NCBI GenBank assembly: GCA_043808365.1
Contig: JAZDEZ010000021.1
Span: 128,403-192,402, forward strand
DNA length: 64,000 nt
Reading direction: 5' to 3'
Source: Patescibacteria group bacterium
Lineage (GTDB): Bacteria > Patescibacteriota > Patescibacteriia > UBA10025 > JAHIVO01
The notes under the pieces are model-generated. The model did not search any database. It was not told the DNA's origin and saw nothing but the letters and a program-made list of their open reading frames with translations. The translations under genes and the position numbers were made by a program. Shown one piece after another: positions 36,504 through 45,190 of this stretch. How positions within the stretch are numbered: position 1 is the stretch's first letter; the number at the start of each line of letters is the position of its first letter.

Positions 36504-36578
36504 TGGTGCCCTCAGTAGGAGTCGGACCTACATTCTCAGCTTAGAAGGCTGATGCTCTATCCGTTGAGCTATGAGGGC
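36504..36578 (-). tRNA. tRNA-Arg (TCT)
   Basis: Anticodon loop CTTCTAA. The T-arm GTAGG-TCCGACT-CCTAC has C at position 55. CCA is encoded. Confidence 0.85.
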
Positions 36579-36604
36579 TCGTCAGGCGAGTCGGGCGGGT
36601 ATCC

Positions 36605-36655
36605 GCTCCGACGCTTTGGTCGGAGCCCCGACTATTACGTCGGGGTTGAACTATA
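36605..36655 (-). promoter_or_regulatory. tandem CCGAC hairpin leader module upstream of tRNA-Arg
   Basis: Plus strand reads GCTCCGAC-GCTTTG-GTCGGAGC, then CCCGAC-TATTAC-GTCGGG, then TTGAACTATA. The same layout occurs at 62874-62939. Confidence 0.6.
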
Positions 36656-36666
36656 GGGACTTATTT

Positions 36667-37164
36667 TTATTGGGACAATGCACGCTTGATGATCGTGATA
36701 TTGTCCTTTTTTAATGAATTGTAGAATTTTATTTTGCTAACACGGCGGATATCTATCCATTCCGGTTTTTGCGCATATTCATGCTCTTGGCCAACAAGAT
36801 TTTTATCCGTAATTGTGCCGCTAGTTCTTTTGCAGAGGAAGTAGATGCAAATAGCGTGGACTGACTGCTTATGGTTGCGAAATGTAAAGAAAGAGGATGA
36901 GCACCAGAGGGGCGGGCCGACGCTAACTTTTAAACCGGTTTCTTCCCAGAATTCACGCTTCAATGTCTGTTCGACCGTTTCGTGTTTGTATCCGCCTCCG
37001 CCAGGGAAATCGTATCCATCCCATTGCCTCGAAAGTAAGACTTTGCCTTTTTCAATTAGCACTCCATAAATTGATGGCCGATACGTTAATTTTTTAACTG
37101 GTACACGTTTCAGGTTCCAGAACACGTCATGGCAGATAATAGTTTTTGGCGAAGTGTTTGGCAT
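36667..37164 (-). CDS. NUDIX hydrolase
   Basis: Nudix box GGGGYKHETVEQTLKREFWEETG. ATG at 37164 is preferred to the TTG at 37206. Confidence 0.75.
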   Translation of the reverse strand: MPNTSPKTIICHDVFWNLKRVPVKKLTYRPSIYGVLIEKGKVLLSRQWDGYDFPGGGGYKHETVEQTLKREFWEETGLKVSVGPPLWCSSSFFTFRNHKQSVHAICIYFLCKRTSGTITDKNLVGQEHEYAQKPEWIDIRRVSKIKFYNSLKKDNITIIKRALSQ

Positions 37165-37257
37165 AATGATCCCGCTGAATGTATCAGTAAAATATGTCCC
37201 CGTCAACTAGTATATATTGTACTTCGCGATGCCAAACAAAGCAAAGTCACCCACTTC

Positions 37258-37285
37258 TTGACAATGCGCCAATTTTCCCTATAAT
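37258..37285 (+). promoter_or_regulatory. sigma70-type promoter of rpsO
   Basis: TTGACA, a 16-nt spacer, then TATAAT. The resulting 5' UTR of about 80 nt contains GGGGC-8 nt-GCCCC. Confidence 0.7.
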
Positions 37286-37370
37286 AACGGTTACTAATAA
37301 ACTGTACGGGTATCTCGGTTTGGGGCCGGTTAACGCCCCTGTACTGGGTTCCCGCGAAAGGACTAACGGA

Positions 37371-37658
37371 ATGTTAACCAAACCGGAAAAAGATAGGATT
37401 ATCAACAAGTACAAAACGCACGCCCAGGACACCGGATCGCCGGAGGTCCAGATTGCGATACTCTCAGAAGAGATCGCCCGTCTGACTGAGCACCTGCAGG
37501 GGCATAAGAAAGACTTCTCGTCGCGGCGCGGCTTGCTGCGCAAGGTCGGCATGCGCCGCCGGCTTTTGAAGTACTTGGAGAAAGACAACCCAAAAAGCTA
37601 CGAAGTCCTGGCCAAGAAGCTAAAATTAAAAATAAAACAGGCGAATGATCAAGCATAA
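37371..37658 (+). CDS. rpsO: 30S ribosomal protein S15
   Basis: [38 protein letters not shown] is the S15 signature. Confidence 0.95.
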   Translation: MLTKPEKDRIINKYKTHAQDTGSPEVQIAILSEEIARLTEHLQGHKKDFSSRRGLLRKVGMRRRLLKYLEKDNPKSYEVLAKKLKLKIKQANDQA

Positions 37659-38172
37659 GGACCAGCGTGTCGGCGTTTTCGTCGACGTGCAAAACATGTA
37701 TTATTCAGCCAAGAACCTCCACGGCCAGAAGGTTAATTTCGGGGAAATTTTGAAAACTGCCGTGGCTGACAGGAAGCTGATCCGGGCCATGGCGTACGTG
37801 ATCAAGGCGCAAAACTCCGATGAGCAGAAATTTTTTGACGCCCTGTCAAACCAGGGCTTTGAGGTGAAGATGAAAGATTTGCAGGTGTTTTGGGGCGGCC
37901 ATAAAAAAGGAGATTGGGACATCGGCCTGGCCATGGATGTAATTAGATTGTCAAATAAGCTTGATGTCGTTGTCTTGGTGACCGGCGACGGCGATTTCGT
38001 CCCGCTTATTGAGTATCTGAAAAACCACGGGCAATTCGTTGAAGTAGTGGCGTTTGACGAGTCCGCATCCAGCCAGCTGACCGCCGCCGCGGATTCATTC
38101 ACCAACCTGAGCGAAAACAAAAAGAAATATTTATTGCCAGATATCCATAGCCGGCGGCGTTTCGTCCGGTAA
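37645..38172 (+). CDS. NYN-domain (LabA/DUF88-like) predicted RNase
   Basis: [14 protein letters not shown]...[15 protein letters not shown], the NYN acidic motifs. The start overlaps the rpsO end by 14 nt. Confidence 0.7.
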   Translation: MIKHKDQRVGVFVDVQNMYYSAKNLHGQKVNFGEILKTAVADRKLIRAMAYVIKAQNSDEQKFFDALSNQGFEVKMKDLQVFWGGHKKGDWDIGLAMDVIRLSNKLDVVVLVTGDGDFVPLIEYLKNHGQFVEVVAFDESASSQLTAAADSFTNLSENKKKYLLPDIHSRRRFVR

Positions 38173-38289
38173 TGCTCTTTGGAATTATTAATTATTATTA
38201 AGCCGTTCATCGATTTGGATGAAGCCGTGAATGTCGCGAACTACTTTTCGTAGACTTCAGTCCATAACGCAGCAGTAAATGATGGGAGA

Positions 38290-38351
38290 TCCCTCACTCG
38301 CCTCGCAAGCCTCGTGGCTATGCAGGCAGGCGAAGCGGGCTGCGTTCGGGA
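38290..38351. repeat. nested palindromic element in the pnp 5' region
   Basis: TCCC-TCACT[44-nt GC-rich insert]CGTTC-GGGA. The family loop TCACTTCGTTC appears split by another element. Confidence 0.6.
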
Positions 38352-38421
38352 CAAGGGTTTATGAAGTAGTGATGCACATTCCGGGTTTATGCATTGATGT
38401 CCAGGCACAAAGGAACAAAGT

Positions 38422-40716
38422 ATGTCTAAGATCGAAAAATTCTCCACAGAAATCGCCGGCCGCGAGCTGACTTTTGAAGTCGGACGTTTTGCCGGCCAGG
38501 CCAATGCCGCTTGCGTCGTGCAGTATGGCGATACGGTCGTGCTGGCTACCGCGGTCATGAGCAAGAACATGCGCGAAGGCATTGATTACTTTCCCTTGCT
38601 CGTCGATTATGAAGAGCGGCTGTATGCCGCCGGCAAGATCAAGGGCTCTCGTTTCATCAAGCGCGAAGGCCGGCCGACTGACGAGGCTATCCTGACCTCG
38701 CGGCTGGTTGACCGCTCGGTCCGTCCGCTGTTCAACCAGGACAGCCGGCAGGATGTGCAGGTTGTTTTGACCGTATTATCAGTTGACCAGGAAAACGATC
38801 CTGATATCGTTTCACTTCTAGCCGCGTCATGCGCCCTGTCAATTTCCAATATCCCATGGACCGGTCCGGTTGCCGGTGTCCGCATTGGGCAGATAAATGG
38901 TGAGTGGGTCCTGAATCCGACGTATGCCGCCCGTGAAAAAAGCGTCTTGGATTTAGCGGTGATCGGCAAGGCTGACAAGATCACCATGATTGAGGCAGGC
39001 GCATTGCAGATTTCTGAAGATACGATGTATGCGGGCATGGAATTCGCGCAAAAGCATATTGCCAAACTCATTTCCTTCATCAATGAAATCCAGGCGAAAA
39101 TCGGCAAGCCAAAGGAATCCATTACATTCAACGAGCCAACAGAAGAAGAAAAGGCCAAAGCGGCCAAGCTGGAAGAAAAGGTGAAAAATTTCTGCCAGGA
39201 TAAGATCCGATCAGTCTTTGAGCACAAAGATCTCCATGCCCAAGGTGAAGCGCTGGATACATTGCGGAATGAGCTGGAAGAGATGTTGAAAGCAGACAAT
39301 GGCGTGTCTAAAGAAGAACGGGTAAAAGGCCTCAAGTTAGTCGATGGAATATATGAAGCGGAATCCCGACGGCTGGTGCTGGAAGAGGGCCGGCGCGTTG
39401 ACGGGCGCGCAGTGAATGAGGTTCGCGCCTTGTCGGCTGAAGTCGCATTGTTACCGAGAACTCATGGGTCTGGGCTGTTTAATCGCGGTGAAACGCAGGT
39501 GTTGTCAGTGGTGACGCTTGGCTCCCCGGGAGACGAACAGTCATTGGATTCAATGGAAGAGTCCGGCAAAAAGCGCTTCATGCACCATTATAATTTTCCT
39601 GGCTTCTCGACCGGAGAAGTGGCGCCAGTACGCTCGCCAGGACGCCGGGAAATCGGCCACGGCGCTCTGGTGGAAAAAGCGCTGTTGCAGGTGTTGCCGC
39701 CGAAAGATCAGTTCCCGTATACCATCCGGGTTGTTTCAGAAGTATTGTCGTCAAACGGTTCGAGCTCGCAGGCATCCTGTTGCGGTTCGACCTTAGCCCT
39801 GATGGACGCCGGCGTGCCGATTGCCGAGCCGGTCGCTGGCATTGCCATGGGGCTGATTACTGATGAAAAAGATCCGAAGCGTTTCAAAGTACTGACTGAT
39901 ATCCAGGGCATCGAGGATCATAACGGTGATATGGATTTTAAAGTGGCTGGCACTAAAAAAGGCATTACCGCTATCCAGATGGACGTGAAGCTGGACGGCA
40001 TTTCCATGGATGTGGTCAGGGAAGCGCTTGACGGCGCCAAGGCAGCCCGTTTGCAGATACTCGACGTGATCACAAAAGTTATCCCAGCGCCTCGGGCCGA
40101 GCTGTCAAAATACGCGCCGCGCATCACGACGCTGAAGATAAACCCGGAACTCATCCGTGAAGTGATCGGCAAGGGCGGAGAGACGATCAATAAGATCATC
40201 GACGAATGCGGCGGAGCGGACGTGATCAAAATTGACATAGAGGATGACGGCCAGATATTCATCACTTCGGCAAACGCTGAAATGGCCACTAAGGCCGAGG
40301 AATGGGTGAAAAATATCACCAGAGAAATATTGCCCGGAGAAATATTCGAAGGCACCGTGACGCAGATCCTCAAGGACCGCAACAGCGGCGGCGAGATCGG
40401 CGCGGTTGTCGAGCTTGTCCCAGGCAAGGACGGCATGGTTCATATTTCGGAATTTTCCTTTGGACGCATCAGGAATGTTTCTGACGTCGTGTCAGTCGGC
40501 CAAAAACTCAAGGTGAAGGTAGTTGACGTCGATAAGGAACGCGGCCGCACGAGCTTGTCGGTCAAGGCACTTGGCTCAGACAGCAATTTGGTGATTCCGC
40601 CATCGGCCCTCGACACGTCAGGCGGGTTTGACCGTGGAGGATTCCGTGGCCGGCCAAGCGGCGGCCCTGCCTCGCGGCAAGGCGGGCGTCCGCCATTCCG
40701 GCGCGGTCCAAGATAA
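38422..40716 (+). CDS. pnp: polyribonucleotide nucleotidyltransferase (PNPase)
   Basis: 764 aa with two RNase PH domains, then KH, S1 and a Gly/Arg-rich tail. Confidence 0.95.
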   Translation: MSKIEKFSTEIAGRELTFEVGRFAGQANAACVVQYGDTVVLATAVMSKNMREGIDYFPLLVDYEERLYAAGKIKGSRFIKREGRPTDEAILTSRLVDRSVRPLFNQDSRQDVQVVLTVLSVDQENDPDIVSLLAASCALSISNIPWTGPVAGVRIGQINGEWVLNPTYAAREKSVLDLAVIGKADKITMIEAGALQISEDTMYAGMEFAQKHIAKLISFINEIQAKIGKPKESITFNEPTEEEKAKAAKLEEKVKNFCQDKIRSVFEHKDLHAQGEALDTLRNELEEMLKADNGVSKEERVKGLKLVDGIYEAESRRLVLEEGRRVDGRAVNEVRALSAEVALLPRTHGSGLFNRGETQVLSVVTLGSPGDEQSLDSMEESGKKRFMHHYNFPGFSTGEVAPVRSPGRREIGHGALVEKALLQVLPPKDQFPYTIRVVSEVLSSNGSSSQASCCGSTLALMDAGVPIAEPVAGIAMGLITDEKDPKRFKVLTDIQGIEDHNGDMDFKVAGTKKGITAIQMDVKLDGISMDVVREALDGAKAARLQILDVITKVIPAPRAELSKYAPRITTLKINPELIREVIGKGGETINKIIDECGGADVIKIDIEDDGQIFITSANAEMATKAEEWVKNITREILPGEIFEGTVTQILKDRNSGGEIGAVVELVPGKDGMVHISEFSFGRIRNVSDVVSVGQKLKVKVVDVDKERGRTSLSVKALGSDSNLVIPPSALDTSGGFDRGGFRGRPSGGPASRQGGRPPFRRGPR

Positions 40717-40730
40717 TTTTTTCACGCGTT

Positions 40731-41294
40731 ATGATTATTACCATCAGCGGCAAGCCAGGTTCCGGCAAGAGTACCGTCGCCGCCCGGCTGGCCGCTGATT
40801 TGGGGTACAAGCGGTATTATATTGGAGGCATGCGGCGCCAGGCGGCCAAAGAGCGAGGCATGACGTTGGAAGAGTTTAATAAGCTTGGCGAAACGGATCC
40901 GGCGACCGATCATGGCTTTGATGCTATGGTGGAAAAATTAGGAGCAACAGAGGATGATTTTATCATAGAAGGTCGTTTAGCCTGGCATTTCATACCGCAG
41001 TCGTTGAAGATTTTTATCGATGTCAGTGCAGAAGAAGGCGCCCGCCGCATCTGGGGCGCGCTTGAAAAAAATTCCCAAGCGGACCGGAATGAGGGCCGTG
41101 CCTTAAAAAGCTATGAAGATGTCCTCGCTTCCATTCGTAAGCGGGTTGAGAGTGATACGCGCCGGTATGAGAAGTATTATGGGTTGGAGATTTTTGATCC
41201 GAGCCATTATGATCTGTTTCTCGACGCTACCCCGTTAAACCCCGAACATGAGTACCGGGCAGTATTTTCGTTTGTTAAGAAACGCCTGAAATAA
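40731..41294 (+). CDS. cytidylate kinase-like P-loop NMP kinase
   Basis: MIITISGKPGSGKSTVA P-loop with overall length and layout of (d)CMP kinase family 2. Confidence 0.65.
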   Translation: MIITISGKPGSGKSTVAARLAADLGYKRYYIGGMRRQAAKERGMTLEEFNKLGETDPATDHGFDAMVEKLGATEDDFIIEGRLAWHFIPQSLKIFIDVSAEEGARRIWGALEKNSQADRNEGRALKSYEDVLASIRKRVESDTRRYEKYYGLEIFDPSHYDLFLDATPLNPEHEYRAVFSFVKKRLK

Positions 41295-41411
41295 ATCTAA
41301 TAACAGCCAAAAAAGGTGATTAGACCAGATGTGGATAATTATTTTTTTTTACATTTTTTTAATTATTAGAAAGAATAAATAAATTACAGTAATATTAGCC
41401 ATAAGTATCTA

Positions 41412-41440
41412 TTGACAATGGTCATTTTATGTGATATACT
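41412..41440 (+). promoter_or_regulatory. near-consensus extended -10 sigma70 promoter with no annotated gene behind it
   Basis: TTGACA, a 17-nt spacer ending in TGA, then TATACT. The next credible CDS (rnhB) starts 610 nt downstream and has its own TATAAT. Confidence 0.65.
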
Positions 41441-42052
41441 GATTTTGTTAAGTTTTTAACAAGTTATCAACAGGGACGCCAGCAGATGTCGGATTGTTTC
41501 GGAAGATTCCTTCCAAACCAAACCGTTATCTACTGCACGAGGACTAAAAAGTTGGCAGTCCGATTGTGCTGCGACGCGCGGCACAATGACCAAAAATCAA
41601 ACAAAACAAAAAGGTATTATCCTTAGTCATAAAAGACTAGAGATACAACCACGAGGTGGTAGATAATAAAATTCGCTTTTTAAAAGCCAACACGAAAAGC
41701 ACAAAAATATTTGTAGCCATTAATCGTGGTGCCTGCACTTATGTACGCCAGTCATGGGACGGACGTAAGTATGTGCGGACACCATGTCCGCTGCAAATAT
41801 TCGGGGCGTATGACGTTCATAAAGTTATTTACATTATGGAACGACTCACTCGCCCCATTTTTTTTCTTCGAAAACCATACCGCCCCCCTAACACTTTTAA
41901 CTGTCATTGCGAGTATAGCGAAGCAATCTCTGCTGTTTACTATAGGATCCTCACGTCGTTCCACTTCACTTCGTTCAGTGTCACTCCTCAGGATGACACG
42001 AGGGGGCGGCGCAGGATTCGGGATGATTCGGAATTTGATATATAATGTATTT

Positions 42053-42676
42053 ATGACTAAACCGACATGGCGGGAGGAAAAGAAGCTTTGGAAACTTGGC
42101 TACCAGTCTGTCGCCGGCGTTGATGAAGCCGGACGCGGGGCGTGGGCCGGGCCGTTGGTAGCCGCTGCGGTCATCTTGCCGAAAAACTTCAGGGTATCCG
42201 GGCTGAATGATTCAAAAAAACTTTCAGCATCTCAGCGGGAAAGGTTGTTTGAGATAATCAAAAGGCAGGCACTGGCATGGCGAGTGTCAGTTATTTCTGT
42301 GGAAGAAATTGACCGATACGGAGTGGGTCGGGCTAATATCAAAGCGTTGCAGCAATGCGCGCAGAATTTAAAAAATAAACCAGATTTCGTGCTGGTGGAT
42401 GGTTTTACAATTGATTTCGGTACGATTCAATCAAAAAGTATTGTTCATGGCGACGCGAAGGTGATGAGCATCGCCGCCGCTTCTATAGTCGCGAAAGTTA
42501 CGCGCGACCGGATGATGGTTGCCTTACATAAGAAATATCCTCTGTACTATTTCCATAAGCATAAGGGGTATGGAACGGCATTGCATCATCAGGCGATTAG
42601 GCGGCACGGACTTACGCCATTGCATCGAGTATCATATAAGCCGATTAAAAAGTATGTCAAAAACATACATACGTAG
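42053..42676 (+). CDS. rnhB: ribonuclease HII
   Basis: GVDEAGRGAWAGPLVAAAV and DSKKLS motifs. ATG at 42053 follows TATAAT at 42041. Confidence 0.9.
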   Translation: MTKPTWREEKKLWKLGYQSVAGVDEAGRGAWAGPLVAAAVILPKNFRVSGLNDSKKLSASQRERLFEIIKRQALAWRVSVISVEEIDRYGVGRANIKALQQCAQNLKNKPDFVLVDGFTIDFGTIQSKSIVHGDAKVMSIAAASIVAKVTRDRMMVALHKKYPLYYFHKHKGYGTALHHQAIRRHGLTPLHRVSYKPIKKYVKNIHT

Positions 42677-42696
42677 TTGTGCTATAATACTGTTAT

Positions 42697-43251
42697 ATGG
42701 CAGAAATAAAAGAACCGACAATATTCCTGAATGCCAAGGACATCCTGAAGAAGCTTGGCGTTTCTCATGGACAGGCGGTCATGGATTTAGGCTGCGGATC
42801 TGGGTATTTCGTTATTGAGGCCAGCAGGCTCGTGGGAGACAGCGGTAAGGTCTATGCAGTGGACGTCCAGAAACCTGCCTTGTCGACTGTGGCCAGCAAA
42901 GCAGCCACGTACGGATTGACCAATATCAAGACCGTCTGGTCGGATGCGGAAGTGTATGGCGCCGCCCGTCAGATTAAAAACGCGTCCGTTGATGTTATGC
43001 TGCTGATCCAGCTGTTCACACAGACACATAAACACAATGAAGTATTCCGTGAAGCCGCGCGAATGACCAAGCCTGAGGGTCAGATTGTGGTCATTGACTG
43101 GCGGCCGGACCGGCTGACGTACGGCCCGCCGAAAAATAAACGATTGAGCGTTGAGCAGATCAAAGCTTTGGCCGCACATGAAGGATGGAATAAAGCAAGA
43201 GAAATTGCCGTCGGCGTTTACCATTTCGGACTGGTATCCTCCAAAACATAA
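42697..43251 (+). CDS. class I SAM-dependent methyltransferase
   Basis: VMDLGCGSGYF motif I. Confidence 0.75.
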   Translation: MAEIKEPTIFLNAKDILKKLGVSHGQAVMDLGCGSGYFVIEASRLVGDSGKVYAVDVQKPALSTVASKAATYGLTNIKTVWSDAEVYGAARQIKNASVDVMLLIQLFTQTHKHNEVFREAARMTKPEGQIVVIDWRPDRLTYGPPKNKRLSVEQIKALAAHEGWNKAREIAVGVYHFGLVSSKT

Positions 43252-43327
43252 TTGACATAAAGGCTTTTTTACAGTACAGTGCAGGTACCGAAACTTTCCC
43301 ACCTATTTTATACGTTGGGGATTTTTT

Positions 43328-43690
43328 ATGTCACGTTATAGACAAGAACTAGGACAACGAGGCGAAGCGTTAGCGGAGGAATATTTGACATCGCGGCGCT
43401 ATTGCGTCATTGACCGGCATTGGCATGGCCGGTACGGAGAAATTGACCTGGTAGCAAGCGATCCGGAAGCCAAGACCCTTGTTTTCGTTGAAGTGAAAAC
43501 ACGCACCTCCGAGACATTCGGCCGAATAGACGAAACCATTGACCGGCGCAAGCTGGAAAAATTAAACATGGCCATTGATCGGTACGTTAGCGAGCACCGG
43601 TACCGCGGGCCGTACCGTTTAGATGCGATATTGATTAAGTTTGGCCGACGTCCTACGATCCAGCATATAAAAAATATTTCGATCGATTGA
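43328..43690 (+). CDS. YraN-family (UPF0102) endonuclease-like protein
   Basis: GEIDLVA...VFVEVKTR motifs. Confidence 0.8.
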   Translation: MSRYRQELGQRGEALAEEYLTSRRYCVIDRHWHGRYGEIDLVASDPEAKTLVFVEVKTRTSETFGRIDETIDRRKLEKLNMAIDRYVSEHRYRGPYRLDAILIKFGRRPTIQHIKNISID

Positions 43691-43696
43691 CCGAGC

Positions 43697-43725
43697 TTGC
43701 ATTTATTTGCCTTATCCCCTATACT
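43697..43725 (+). promoter_or_regulatory. sigma70-type promoter upstream of nusA
   Basis: TTGCAT, a 17-nt spacer, then TATACT. Confidence 0.6.
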
Positions 43726-43735
43726 TTATTCATAG

Positions 43736-43764
43736 AGACTAGTTTGAATAAACTGGTCTTTTTT
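43736..43764 (+). terminator. intrinsic terminator-like hairpin between the promoter and the nusA start
   Basis: AGACTAGTTT-GAAT-AAACTGGTCT is a 10-bp stem with one GU pair, followed by T5. Confidence 0.65.
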
Positions 43765-43795
43765 AGCAGGCATTACAATTATCATACATAATATT

Positions 43796-45166
43796 ATGGG
43801 ACAAGAAAATGAAATCATGCAGGCCGTGAAGCAGATCTGCGAAGAGAAGAACATCTCGTTAGAGTCGGTCATTGAAACGATTGAAGCGGCATTAGCCGTC
43901 GCCTATCGCAAGGATTTCGGGGAGAAAAACCAGAACATCAAAGTCGAGTTCGATTTGGCCAAAGCCAAGTCGCGGGTTTTTGACGTGAAAACCGTAGTCA
44001 CCGATGAAAAATTCGAGCTGACGGAAAAACTGAAAGAAGAAAAAAAAGCGCAGGAAGAAGCGGCTATCGCCGAAGGCAAACCGCTGGAATTTGATGCGTC
44101 GGCACGGGATACCGCTGCGGGTGAAAATGAAGAGGATAAGTTTGAACGTTTCAACCCAAAAACTGAAATTACGCTGACTGAAGCCAAGAAAATCAAAAAG
44201 AGCGTAAAACTGGAAGACGTGATCAAGACGGAATTGTTCCCGCCGGCCGCCTACGGCCGCATGGCCGCGCAAACTGCCAAGCAGGTCATTATCCAGCGGT
44301 TGCGCGAGGCAGAACGGGAAAATATCTACAAAGAATACAAGGGCAAGGAAGGCGACGTGATCAATGGCACGATCCAGCGGATCGAAGGGCGGATGGTGCT
44401 GGTTGACTTGGGCCAGACGATCGCGTTATTGCCGCCGTCAGAACAGGTGCCGCGCGAACGGTATGCGGCCAACCAGCGTTTGCGGTTTTTCGTGGCCAGC
44501 GTGAATACTACTTCAAAAGGCCCGGAAATTATTCTGTCACGGGCGCATCCAGACATGGTCCGCAAGCTTTTTATGCTGGAAGTCCCTGAAGTGGCCAGCG
44601 GTTCCGTCGAGATAAAGGCCCTTGCCCGTGAAGCCGGCTCGCGCACCAAAGTCGCCGTGGCGACAACCCAGCGCAATATCGATCCGGTCGGGTCATGCGT
44701 CGGCCAGCGCGGTTCACGCGTCCAGACCATCATTTCTGAAATCGGCGGCGAGAAAATTGATATCATCGAATGGGACGCCAACCCGGCCCGGTTCATCACC
44801 AATGCCTTGTCTCCGGCAAAAGTCTTGAGCGTAAAAACCAACGAAGAGGAAAAAACCGCATTGGCTGAGGTGAAAGAAGACCAGTTGTCTTTGGCCATCG
44901 GCAAGGCCGGGCAAAATGTCCGGTTGTCCGCCAAGCTGACCGGCTGGAAGATTGACATCATTTCAGACACTGGCGAAAAGGTTTCGGAAAAGTCCCCGGA
45001 TAATGCCGGCCTAAAGAAAGAGGAAGTGATTAAACAGGCAGCCGCCGCTGAGGCGGCACCGGCAGAGAAAACCGAGCCAGTCGTTGAGGCCGCTCCGGCA
45101 GAGGAGCCCCCAACTGAAGCACCAACACTGGAAGAACCTGCCAAGCCAGTTGAAACTAAAGAGTAA
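43796..45166 (+). CDS. nusA: transcription termination/antitermination factor NusA
   Basis: NTD, S1 (GDVINGTIQRIEGRMVLVDLG) and two KH domains. It has a charged insertion in the NTD and an Ala/Glu/Pro-rich tail. Confidence 0.9.
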   Translation: MGQENEIMQAVKQICEEKNISLESVIETIEAALAVAYRKDFGEKNQNIKVEFDLAKAKSRVFDVKTVVTDEKFELTEKLKEEKKAQEEAAIAEGKPLEFDASARDTAAGENEEDKFERFNPKTEITLTEAKKIKKSVKLEDVIKTELFPPAAYGRMAAQTAKQVIIQRLREAERENIYKEYKGKEGDVINGTIQRIEGRMVLVDLGQTIALLPPSEQVPRERYAANQRLRFFVASVNTTSKGPEIILSRAHPDMVRKLFMLEVPEVASGSVEIKALAREAGSRTKVAVATTQRNIDPVGSCVGQRGSRVQTIISEIGGEKIDIIEWDANPARFITNALSPAKVLSVKTNEEEKTALAEVKEDQLSLAIGKAGQNVRLSAKLTGWKIDIISDTGEKVSEKSPDNAGLKKEEVIKQAAAAEAAPAEKTEPVVEAAPAEEPPTEAPTLEEPAKPVETKE

Positions 45167-45190
45167 TTAATAAATAATCATTAGAAGATT

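Noticed and set aside
41330-41338. A perfect DnaA box (TGTGGATAA) next to a 60-nt AT-rich tract, suggesting oriC.
   Set aside because: Only one perfect box is present, plus one or two weak ones (TTATCAACA at 41465). There is no dnaA or dnaN nearby, and the gene-orientation switches in the window do not centre here.
41656-42052. The long N-terminal extension of rnhB (track ORF 41726-42676) and the overlapping 129-aa ORF.
   Set aside because: RNase HII similarity begins at MTKPTWREEKK (ATG 42053), which follows a TATAAT box. The upstream part crosses palindromic repeat sequence and has no recognisable protein features.
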